Source of the DNA: Naegleria gruberi
Lineage: Eukaryota
Assembly (NCBI GenBank): GCA_000004985.1
Contig: GG738962.1
Reading direction: 5' to 3' (one strand)
DNA: 18,095 bases
The notes beneath the pieces were generated by a model. The model had not been told where the DNA came from and made no database searches. It worked only from the letters and a program-made list of their open reading frames with translations. Numbering within the stretch: the first letter of the stretch is position 1; each line of letters opens with the position of its first letter. Shown here piece by piece: positions 1 to 7,478 of the stretch. Both the position numbers and the translations under genes were made by a program.

Positions 1-42
1 TCAAGGACACAACCATCATGGGCACCTTCTGGTTTCCAAATT
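1..42 (+). CDS. Partial upstream coding exon of gene 1. The open frame ends at a GTAAGT donor at 43; it reads ...SRTQPSWAPSGFQI and has no start codon within the window.
   Basis: Open frame to the window edge. A canonical GTAAGT donor sits at 43-48, and the 46-nt intron 43-88 ends in TTTAG, the same length class as other introns here. Phase is compatible with the exon starting at 89. Confidence 0.3.
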
Positions 43-88
43 GTAAGTAACGCATTCTCATAGTTTCGTCTAGTTTACTCTACTTTAG

Positions 89-231
89 CCTCAACATGGT
101 CAAGATCAACAACTCATCTCTCAAGCACAATCTACTTTCCAACAATACGACAAGGATCACTCCAATTCCCTGAATAAGAAGGAATGGAAGAAAGCTGCTC
201 AAGATATTGGTCTCGCCAAGGAAGAAATCAA
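89..231 (+). CDS. Internal exon of gene 1 encoding an EF-hand calcium-binding motif. The loop is DKDHSNSLNKKE, flanked by helical FQQY / WKKAAQDIGL.
   Basis: Frame 2 is open only between the acceptor AG at 87-88 and TAG at 245. A 12-residue canonical EF-hand loop (D-x-D-x-S-x-S-x-N-x-x-E) is present. The exon ends at the GTAAGT donor at 232-237 in phase 2. Confidence 0.55.
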
Positions 232-277
232 GTAAGTACAGAAATAGTTTACTTTCGAATAATCAAAATTTCATTAG

Positions 278-1169
278 ATTCTTATTTAAACTCGTTGATC
301 ATGCCAAGAGCAAGTCCATTTCCCTCTCCGACTTTATCAATGTCTATCTTTTCGTCACTGGAGGTGGCATGTCCTATCCAGGAACCAATTATTCTGGTCC
401 ACATGGATCCTACACTGTCCACTCAGCCAAACATCGTTCCCTATTGGCCAATCTCAGATCTTGCCATTCCAAATATTTCTGTATTGAACCAAGTGGTCAA
501 GTTGTTGCCAATCGTGATGCCAGTGGAGCTTGGGAAGCAATGACTTTGATTCATATATCTGGAAATGATTATGCATTCAAATCAGCTCATGGAAAATTCA
601 TGTGTGCTGAACCAAGTGGTGAAATTATTGCCAATAGAGATGCTTTGGGTCCGTGGGAAACTTTCTCATTGGTTCAATCTGGAAATCAAGTGGCATTCAA
701 ATCAGCTCATGGTAAATTCTTGTGTGCTGAACCATCTGGATTAGTTATTGCTAATAGAGATGCTTTGGGACCTTGGGAACAGTTCCAATTTTCATTGGCT
801 CCAAATCAGAGCATTTCATTGAGACATCATCATGGTAAATTGTTGTGTGCTGAATCAAATCATTCAATGGTTGCCAATCGTGATGCAGTTGGTCCTTGGG
901 AACAATTCACTGTTGAACATCATGGAGCTGGAAAGAATGCATTCAGATCTGCTCATGGTAAATTGATGTGTGCTGAACCAAGTGGTTTGTTGGTTGCTAA
1001 TCGTGATGCTGTTGGACCTTGGGAACAATTTAGTGTTGAATTGCATGGAAATGGAGCTATTGCATTGAAATCTGAACATAATACCTATGTTTGTGTGGAA
1101 CCAAGTGGAGATATTGTTGTCAATAGAAGTGCTGTTGGTGAATGGGAAAGATTATCTTTCAATTTGTAA
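278..1169 (+). CDS. Terminal exon of gene 1. It begins with a second, degenerate EF-hand-like loop (DHAKSKSISLSD) and then six tandem roughly 40-aa hisactophilin/fascin-like beta-trefoil subrepeats, i.e. two trefoils, ending at TAA 1167-1169. The subrepeat pattern is FKSAHGKF(L/M)CAEPSG..ANRDA.GPWE.F, with His-rich variants such as LRHHHGKLLCAE and VEHHGAGKNAF.
   Basis: A 46-nt intron (232-277, GTAAGT...TCATTAG) restores the frame between the EF-hand exon (phase 2) and this exon. A long ORF follows in biased codons. The strong internal periodicity matches Dictyostelium hisactophilin (AFKSHHGHFLSAEGE...ENHGGKVALKTHCGKYL). The 16-nt alternative intron 232-247 is too short to be plausible. Confidence 0.75.
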
Positions 1170-1243
1170 AATATTCGAAACTCATATATCCATAAAATAT
1201 AGTTTTTCAAATCATCTTTTAATTTTTATTCAAGTAATGTCTA

Positions 1244-1253
1244 AATAAATAAA
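1244..1253 (+). promoter_or_regulatory. Overlapping AATAAA polyadenylation signals (aataaataaa), about 75 nt after the gene 1 stop.
   Basis: The exact hexamer occurs twice in an A/T-rich 3' flank. Confidence 0.4.
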
Positions 1254-1360
1254 ATATTTGTTTACAAAAAACCTAATTTTCCATTCTCGTACGTTTTGAA
1301 TTTTCCAAACTGAAATCAGGACCAAAAAAGGATTTCTCGCTAAAATACTAACCAAAAAAA

Positions 1361-1492
1361 ATGGCAGAAAATCAAAAGGCTGGCCTCGGAAAGAAGATTT
1401 CCTCCCAACGCTATCAAATCTCTCGTACTTTTACCTATGGGAGTGCGGAGAAGAATTTGATCGTGAGAGAATTTGGAGAGTTTGATCTCAAG
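1361..1492 (+). CDS. Gene 2 exon 1: PAC2-family (proteasome assembly chaperone 2-like) protein, MAENQKAGLGKKISSQRYQISRTFTYGSAEKNLIVREFGEFDLK.
   Basis: ATG in an aaaaaaaATG context. The open frame runs to a GTTTGT donor at 1493, in phase 0. Confidence 0.65.
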
Positions 1493-1559
1493 GTTTGTAA
1501 TTTTTTGATCGAATTGATGAATTGATGATGATGATGACGATTGAGAATCTTGTAAATAG

Positions 1560-1645
1560 GGTGCTGTATTAATTGAAGGCTTTCCGAGTGGGGCAACTAC
1601 AATTTCGACTGCTGCTGGATATGTGGTTGAACAATTGGATCTTCC
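1560..1645 (+). CDS. Gene 2 exon 2: GAVLIEGFPSGATTISTAAGYVVEQLDL(P), the PAC2-family glycine-rich core.
   Basis: A 67-nt intron 1493-1559 (GTTTGT...AAATAG) precedes it. The motif hydrophobic-x-G-x-P-x-G-x-x-x-x-x-A-x-x-h resembles the PAC2/PbaB signature (e.g. LLMPAVSVGNVGQLAMDLI). A GTAGGT donor at 1646 avoids the in-frame TAG 1647-1649. Confidence 0.65.
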
Positions 1646-1709
1646 GTAGGTTTTTAATTGATGATGATTAATATATGGATGATGATTTGATGATTTTATG
1701 GAATGATAG

Positions 1710-1762
1710 ATTGATTGGAGATGTGATCAGTGAGGTATTTCCACCTGTTTGTTTGATTAATA
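1710..1762 (+). CDS. Gene 2 exon 3: (P)LIGDVISEVFPPVCLIN, containing the FPPV motif typical of the PAC2 family.
   Basis: A 64-nt intron 1646-1709 (...TGATAG) precedes it. The frame is restored from phase 2. A GTATGT donor at 1763 lies immediately before an in-frame TAG. The exon length of 53 nt gives the phase 1 required by the next exon. Confidence 0.6.
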
Positions 1763-1837
1763 GTATGTAGTTTACAATTTGGATTAATGACAAATTGAAT
1801 TGTTTAATATCATCATTAATTATTTGACAATGAATAG

Positions 1838-1910
1838 ATTACACACCACAAAGTGGAGTCAGAATATATGGTAATAACAAGATTGTTGTATTCACAAGTG
1901 AATATGAATT
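1838..1910 (+). CDS. Gene 2 exon 4: (N)YTPQSGVRIYGNNKIVVFTSEYEL.
   Basis: A 75-nt intron 1763-1837 (GTATGT...GAATAG) precedes it. Only this phase gives an open, protein-like frame. A GTAAGT donor follows at 1911. Confidence 0.6.
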
Positions 1911-1959
1911 GTAAGTATTTCTTGTAATGTGGAGAATAATTTTTGTAAATTATTATTAG

Positions 1960-2102
1960 AAAGGATCCATTCGTTTCTCATCAAATGGTGAATGCTTTGT
2001 TTGAATTTGGAAAGAGACATGGATGTAAATGTATTGTTAGTTTGGAAGCTATTCCAATGGATGAAAAGAAGAAGAGATTAATTGCAGGAGAAGATGTTGA
2101 AG
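1960..2102 (+). CDS. Gene 2 exon 5: KDPFVSHQMVNALFEFGKRHGCKCIVSLEAIPMDEKKKRLIAGEDVE.
   Basis: A 49-nt intron 1911-1959 (GTAAGT...TTATTAG) precedes it. The exon ends at a GTATGG donor at 2103, just before an in-frame stop (ATT TAA). Confidence 0.6.
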
Positions 2103-2148
2103 GTATGGCAATTTAATTTCACACCAATTATTATTAACACACATGAAG

Positions 2149-2597
2149 ATATTCAAACTCCAATTCATCCACCTTCTCGTGAGGAATTATTGAAATTGTT
2201 AACAGCTGCTAGTAATGAAGATACTAGTGACCAAAGTGATAGCATTTACTTTATTACAAATGATCAAGAAATGGCTGATACTTTGGTGAAATATGGCCAT
2301 TTCCCAATTAAGGATAATATGGTGCTAAGTGGAATTAGTTCTGTTGTTTTAGGAAAGGCTCCATTCACTGATTTGGTGGTTGTTGGATTATTTGCACCAA
2401 TTTCATTAACTCAAGAAATTTTGTCAACCAAACCAATCATTTCTATTGTTCATGCAATCGATAAATTGTTGGGAGAGGAATTATTTATCAAGACTGATAA
2501 ACTTGAAAAGACCGGAGAAGCTATCAGAATTAAGCTTAATGAGGTTTTAGAAAAGCAAAAAGAAACCAAAGATGCCTATAACCCAATGTTCTTGTAA
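2149..2597 (+). CDS. Gene 2 terminal exon: DIQTPIHPPSREELLKLL...KDAYNPMFL, ending at TAA 2595-2597. The full spliced product is about 311 aa.
   Basis: A 46-nt intron 2103-2148 (GTATGG...CATGAAG) joins it to the long ORF already seen in the six-frame track (2082..2597 frame). Phase is consistent: G + AT gives Asp. Confidence 0.7.
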
Positions 2598-2602
2598 ATG
2601 CA

Positions 2603-2633
2603 ATCTAGTTATTAAATAATATGATAACTAGAT
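2603..2633. other. Perfect palindrome/hairpin (atctagttat-taaataatatg-ataactagat) with a 10-bp stem and 11-nt loop, 6 nt after the gene 2 stop. It lies in the convergent 3' region between genes 2 and 3.
   Basis: Reverse-complement arms read directly from the sequence at 2603-2612 and 2624-2633. Confidence 0.5.
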
Positions 2634-2760
2634 ATTTAATATTAGTTGGATGGAATTGAAAATTTCTATGTACATTTGTTTATTGAGTGATCATTGGCAT
2701 CCACCAATTTTGAAATCGTTCAACTATCATTCGTGTGGAAAACTGTTTTCGAGGCCTCAA

Positions 2761-3474
2761 TTACAGATTATCTTCTCCCTCCTTTATTTCTTCGTATTGA
2801 GATTTATCTTTCTTTTCGCTCTTTCTTTCTACGAAATAAAATCCCAACACTAATACCATTACCATAAAGAAACAGAATGCTAACACTGAAATCACGATGA
2901 AGTAAAATAGCACTTGTTGAGTAGTGCTGATTGTGGTAGTGTGGATTGGCTCATTGAAGGTAAATATTGTTTCTTCAGCATTCGAATAGCAAATGGTTGA
3001 ATTGTTTGGTGTGAATTTCTTTAAATAATTGAAAGTGGTGATGGCATGAGTGTTACTGGGCATGATTTGCTGACATTGCTCAGAAATGAATGATGAATTG
3101 AACTGGTTTGGATTTGAAACAATTGTTGGACTCAATTTTGCATACGAAACTTTATATTCACAATATTCATAATTGGAATCATGTGAATTCATATAACAAT
3201 AACTCGTGCCAACAGCAAAACAACAATTATGAACATATTGCACATCTATTTGCTCACTCAACCTCGTCGCTACCAAATACAACGATCCAACACCTAACAG
3301 AAAGCAAACTAAACACGAACTAATTACCACCAACAGTATGCCAATTTTCTTTGCCTTTAGTTTAACAATTTCCTTTCTATTTTCTCCATCTGTTTCATCA
3401 ATTTCCCGCACAATAGTTGCCACTTCAGCACAGCATTGCACTGCTAATAACAAGGATTCCAAGCATTCAGCCAT
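2761..3474 (-). CDS. Protein of 237 aa with two predicted transmembrane helices (ILLVVISSCLVCFLLGVGSLYLV and LFYFIVISVLAFCFFMVMVLVLGFYFV). Between them is a Cys/Asn-rich loop with N-x-S/T sites, and the tail is charged (ERKSEKKDKSQYEEIKEGEDNL). Function unknown.
   Basis: A single continuous ORF from ATG (rc at 3472-3474) to the stop. Two hydrophobic stretches of more than 20 aa. Codon usage resembles neighbouring genes. On the minus strand an AATAAA (plus-strand tttatt) lies near 2678. Confidence 0.55.
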   Translation of the reverse strand: MAECLESLLLAVQCCAEVATIVREIDETDGENRKEIVKLKAKKIGILLVVISSCLVCFLLGVGSLYLVATRLSEQIDVQYVHNCCFAVGTSYCYMNSHDSNYEYCEYKVSYAKLSPTIVSNPNQFNSSFISEQCQQIMPSNTHAITTFNYLKKFTPNNSTICYSNAEETIFTFNEPIHTTTISTTQQVLFYFIVISVLAFCFFMVMVLVLGFYFVERKSEKKDKSQYEEIKEGEDNL

Positions 3475-3729
3475 GGTGATTGTGTTTTTTTTTTCCTAAT
3501 TTTTGAATTAAGGCGAATATATCTTCCAATTTGATTCAGAGTAGACTCCATAATGGAGAGTTGTTGGAAGGAAACATGTATTATTGGTCCATCATTCAGA
3601 TTCGATTGCCTAAACAAAACGAAACCAACCTATTCTTGATTACAACCTTTCCTGCACGGTTAATTATTTTTTATTTGGTAATTTACATTTTTATATTTTG
3701 ATAATTTACAATTGATTGATAATTTACAA

Positions 3730-4347
3730 TTACAATTTAAATAAATTGTGTCTCGATTGGTTATGGTAAGCAGTTTGAAGAGCAAGCAGTGATCTGGCAG
3801 AATCTGGTTGATTATTATTCGATTGTTGTTGCACTTGCAAATTAGGAATTGTTGAAAATGCATGAGAAGGTAATCTATTCATGGAAGCCAACTCAAAAAC
3901 TCGTTGTAAAGCACTGTTGATATTCCATTGATATTGTTGCAAGCAATCATAGGCAAATACATGAACCAAATTAGTTCTATTCATCAAATACAGGACTAAT
4001 TCCATTCGTTGGTGACACAACGTCACATCAAATTGTGCTTCTTCTAAAATTCTTCTCGCAAGAAACAAATTAGACAATTTGGTTCTTTCACACAGCTCTT
4101 GGCTCAATAAAACGGTTGCCTTATATGCCAACTCAAAGTTCCAACCAAAAAAGATCAAATAACGAAGACATTTCTCCTCAGATTCACCTGTATAATTACC
4201 CAATGCATTGATCATGGCAATTTGTTCATTAGAAATTTGTGGCTGATTATTCGAAAGAGTCGATCCAGGAGCTAACTGAATGACTGGATTCGTTCGCGAA
4301 TTCGAAGGAGTTGAAATTGTTATTATTGGATTTGCAAAACGAAGCAT
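3730..4347 (-). CDS. Protein of 205 aa with two tandem TAP-C/UBA-like motifs. The first is EQIAMINALGNYTGESEEKCLRYLIFFGWNFELAYKA and the second is DCLQQYQWNINSALQRVFEL. It has a Q/N-rich C-terminus.
   Basis: A continuous ORF from an ATG. The pattern F/L-x-x-x-TG-x-x-x-x-KCL-x-x-x-x-W-(N/D)-(F/I/Y)-x-x-A-x-x-x-(F/L) occurs twice, and it resembles the NXF-type TAP-C domain ([26 protein letters not shown]). On the minus strand an AATAAA lies about 55 nt past the stop. More 5' exons cannot be excluded because the first gap begins about 330 nt upstream at 4680. Confidence 0.5.
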   Translation of the reverse strand: MLRFANPIITISTPSNSRTNPVIQLAPGSTLSNNQPQISNEQIAMINALGNYTGESEEKCLRYLIFFGWNFELAYKATVLLSQELCERTKLSNLFLARRILEEAQFDVTLCHQRMELVLYLMNRTNLVHVFAYDCLQQYQWNINSALQRVFELASMNRLPSHAFSTIPNLQVQQQSNNNQPDSARSLLALQTAYHNQSRHNLFKL

Positions 4348-4679
4348 TTTCTAAATAGTATTCAATATTTCTTAAATGGTATGTTACAATATATTTAACG
4401 TTTGTATTATATTTGATAGGAATTATATGTGTCTATTTAGATCGAACAATAAATCCCAATATGCAAGTTAGTATATTAGAGTTTCAATAATATTTATAAT
4501 AGTACAATATATAATCTTCTTTCCTAACCGAATAATATATTTTCTCAAATTCTTTATGAGAGCAAGTTAGGTTAATATTAAAATATATAGGTTGGTGGGT
4601 GGTTGTGGGTTGATCGAGTAATGGAGATAATTTTTTTGATTTTTTTATGAATTTGTCGGTTTGATCTCTTCGGAATCTT

Positions 4680-5544
4680 NNNNNNNNNNNNNNNNNNNNN
4701 NNNNNNNNNNNNNNNNNNNNNNNNNNNNNNNNNNNNNNNNNNNNNNNNNNNNNNNNNNNNNNNNNNNNNNNNNNNNNNNNNNNNNNNNNNNNNNNNNNNN
4801 NNNNNNNNNNNNNNNNNNNNNNNNNNNNNNNNNNNNNNNNNNNNNNNNNNNNNNNNNNNNNNNNNNNNNNNNNNNNNNNNNNNNNNNNNNNNNNNNNNNN
4901 NNNNNNNNNNNNNNNNNNNNNNNNNNNNNNNNNNNNNNNNNNNNNNNNNNNNNNNNNNNNNNNNNNNNNNNNNNNNNNNNNNNNNNNNNNNNNNNNNNNN
5001 NNNNNNNNNNNNNNNNNNNNNNNNNNNNNNNNNNNNNNNNNNNNNNNNNNNNNNNNNNNNNNNNNNNNNNNNNNNNNNNNNNNNNNNNNNNNNNNNNNNN
5101 NNNNNNNNNNNNNNNNNNNNNNNNNNNNNNNNNNNNNNNNNNNNNNNNNNNNNNNNNNNNNNNNNNNNNNNNNNNNNNNNNNNNNNNNNNNNNNNNNNNN
5201 NNNNNNNNNNNNNNNNNNNNNNNNNNNNNNNNNNNNNNNNNNNNNNNNNNNNNNNNNNNNNNNNNNNNNNNNNNNNNNNNNNNNNNNNNNNNNNNNNNNN
5301 NNNNNNNNNNNNNNNNNNNNNNNNNNNNNNNNNNNNNNNNNNNNNNNNNNNNNNNNNNNNNNNNNNNNNNNNNNNNNNNNNNNNNNNNNNNNNNNNNNNN
5401 NNNNNNNNNNNNNNNNNNNNNNNNNNNNNNNNNNNNNNNNNNNNNNNNNNNNNNNNNNNNNNNNNNNNNNNNNNNNNNNNNNNNNNNNNNNNNNNNNNNN
5501 NNNNNNNNNNNNNNNNNNNNNNNNNNNNNNNNNNNNNNNNNNNN
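4680..5544. other. Assembly gap (865 N).
   Basis: Run of n characters. Confidence 1.
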
Positions 5545-7344
5545 TTTGATGAGAATGATTGTAGTGGACTTTCGTATTACCTTTCGAATAATCAGTACTT
5601 GCAAATTTATACAGAATATTCATGTTTTCCAATAATGATCAAAGGCTTGTCAAGTTATCTTGATGATGGTAATATTGTTCACTTACTTTGTGAAACTCCA
5701 AATGCAGAATCTAAAATCCTCAAATCATTAATCGAATCTTTACAAAAATTAGAAACTCTCAAATCAGAAGAAATGCCATCAGTCAAAGATCTTGTCAAGA
5801 AATCCCTTTTTGGAACCAATTCAAGAGGTTTACAACCAATTCACACAGCCTGTTTCTTCAATGAAAGTGAAGAATTATTTAGAGAACTTGTTCGATTACA
5901 AGACGAATACGAAACTCAATACGAATCTAGTGTCATTTCTCTCCAACATGAAAATCTCGATCCAAGATGTAAGAAGAACATGTACTTGTTAATGTTCAAA
6001 TTAATCATTACAAGTACACCTCATAACTCCCTTTCGTCCAAATCATTCGAAACTGTCCAAAAAGAGCAAGAATTAAACGACAAGTGCATGGATTTCATCT
6101 TTGACAAGATGGGTCTCACTGGTGATCAACTTGCCAGAATCACCCACCAAGGAGTTTCTCTCATTAACTATGCCTGTAAATATAACAGATTACATCTCGT
6201 CAAGAAAATGCTAGAAAAGTCAAATATTGATGTTAATCTTCATGTAGATAATTATTATCATAATCCATTGACAAGTGCAGTTCTCGGTGGTGCATTCAAT
6301 GTTGTCAAATATCTAATTGATGAAGTCAAAGTTGATGTTGAAGCAAGAGAATCAGAAACTCAATCACGTAGAGATTTTCCAAGTGCTTTGCATTTGGCTA
6401 TATTGAGAGGTCACTTTGAGATTGCTCACTTCTTGATTTCTCGAGGAGCTAACATGAATGCCACTTGTAAAATGTCATCTTCCAATGGTAGCTCAATTGA
6501 GGCATCTGATCCAATGGTTAATAAGGCTTTATTTGGAAATAGACATGGATTAGATTCAAGTTTCGGTGTTTCAAGTCCATCAACATCGTGTGCAGCAAAG
6601 GAAGATCGGGAAGAAGTTCACAATTTACTGACCTTGTGCATGTTATTGTGTACTGACAAGCAAGAAACTAGCCGAAAGACATTAGACTTTTTGGGATCAC
6701 TCATTTCCAACTATGATTTCAAACCAACCTTCCCATCCACCAACACAACCATCACCATGAACGAACCAATTTGGTTTGCCATCAGAACTATTGGAAACAA
6801 ACAAGGTTGCGATCAAATATTCGAATGGATTTTGAATCATTTCTATTCTGATAGACAAAAACTTGCCAATTTGAGAGATAAGAACAAGAATAACATGTTA
6901 CATTGGATTTCTGGTTATGGAAGAGTTGAAATGTTGGAAATTGCCATTTCGTACATGTCAGAAGATTCGTCCATGGATGTTCATGTCATGATGAATCAAA
7001 AGAATTTGAGTGGTGATACGCCACTTCATGTAGCTTCACAACTTGGAAGAAAGGATATTTGTACGAAACTAATTGATTTGGGAGCTGACATTCGTGTAAG
7101 AAATATGAAACTTCAAGATCCATTATCTGCAACTTTTGTTGGATCTGCAAATTCGACACTCACAGCACAGTTTAGAATTGCATTCCTTAAAGATTTGAGA
7201 AAGGCAGTTGAAAATAGAGAAAGTGGAAAAACTATTCTAAACATGCAAGCTAAAATTCGAATGTTAGAAAGAAAACTAAGTGAAACTAAACTTGTCGAAT
7301 CTCCATTATTGGGTTCTTTCAAATCTGCCAACGTAGATCCTTAA
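5545..7344 (+). CDS. Ankyrin-repeat protein, 5'-partial. The frame is open from the gap edge, the first in-window ATG is at 5635 (MIKGLSS...), and the stop is TAA 7342-7344. It has five or more ANK repeats, e.g. GVSLINYACKYNRLHLVKKMLE, NPLTSAVLGGAFNVVKYLIDE, PSALHLAILRGHFEIAHFLISRGANMNA and GDTPLHVASQLGRKDICTKLIDLGADIRVRN, followed by a C-terminal coiled-coil-like tail.
   Basis: A 1.8-kb uninterrupted ORF with classic ankyrin consensus (-G-TPLH-A---GH--IV--LL--GA-) repeated. The reading frame has no stop between 5545 and 5599, so the N-terminus probably lies in the gap. An AATAAA overlaps the stop and another lies at 7392-7397. Confidence 0.8.
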   Translation, partial: FDENDCSGLSYYLSNNQYLQIYTEYSCFPIMIKGLSSYLDDGNIVHLLCETPNAESKILKSLIESLQKLETLKSEEMPSVKDLVKKSLFGTNSRGLQPIHTACFFNESEELFRELVRLQDEYETQYESSVISLQHENLDPRCKKNMYLLMFKLIITSTPHNSLSSKSFETVQKEQELNDKCMDFIFDKMGLTGDQLARITHQGVSLINYACKYNRLHLVKKMLEKSNIDVNLHVDNYYHNPLTSAVLGGAFNVVKYLIDEVKVDVEARESETQSRRDFPSALHLAILRGHFEIAHFLISRGANMNATCKMSSSNGSSIEASDPMVNKALFGNRHGLDSSFGVSSPSTSCAAKEDREEVHNLLTLCMLLCTDKQETSRKTLDFLGSLISNYDFKPTFPSTNTTITMNEPIWFAIRTIGNKQGCDQIFEWILNHFYSDRQKLANLRDKNKNNMLHWISGYGRVEMLEIAISYMSEDSSMDVHVMMNQKNLSGDTPLHVASQLGRKDICTKLIDLGADIRVRNMKLQDPLSATFVGSANSTLTAQFRIAFLKDLRKAVENRESGKTILNMQAKIRMLERKLSETKLVESPLLGSFKSANVDP

Positions 7345-7478
7345 ATAAAACAAATCATTTAAAAAATTCAATCTATCTTCCCTAAAGTTTACAAAAATTC
7401 AATAAATGAACTTTTTTGTAAAATTATTATGAAATTTGAACTTGTTGTATTTTTAGTTTTTTTACAATTTTAAAAAAA

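Noticed and set aside
207-277. The N-terminal extension of track ORF 207..1169 (MVSPRKKSSKYRN...).
   Set aside because: The start called by the track is a TTG, not an ATG. This stretch reads through a GTAAGT...TAG intron, so the real protein enters this frame only at 278 after splicing from the EF-hand exon.
184-543. ORF 184..543 (+) starting MEESCSRYW.
   Set aside because: It is in an alternative frame overlapping the gene 1 exon. Its low-complexity P/S/I product has no repeat structure, whereas the frame-0 reading gives the strongly periodic trefoil repeats.
864-1079. Antisense ORF inside gene 1 (71 aa).
   Set aside because: It lies opposite a well-supported repeat-encoding exon. It has a low-complexity product with no start context.
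2650-2853. ORF 2650..2853 (+).
   Set aside because: It overlaps the 3' end and UTR of minus-strand gene 3. It is a hydrophobic, low-complexity translation of the antisense strand.
3108-3323. ORF 3108..3323 (+), N/H-rich.
   Set aside because: It is antisense to the gene 3 CDS and is a compositional artefact.
3660-3863. ORF 3660..3863 (-).
   Set aside because: It is out of frame with, and overlapping, the gene 4 3' end and its AT-rich UTR. It has an N/I/K-rich low-complexity product.
5599-5634. The track's start at 5599 for the ankyrin ORF.
   Set aside because: 5599 is a TTG. The frame is actually open back to the gap edge at 5545, so the true N-terminus is either the ATG at 5635 or lies in the gap.
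4484-5635. Three long six-frame ORFs (4484..5632 -, 4645..5604 -, 4661..5635 +) made mostly of X residues.
   Set aside because: They span the 865-N assembly gap. The translation of N runs is meaningless, and the short real flanks carry no independent coding signal.
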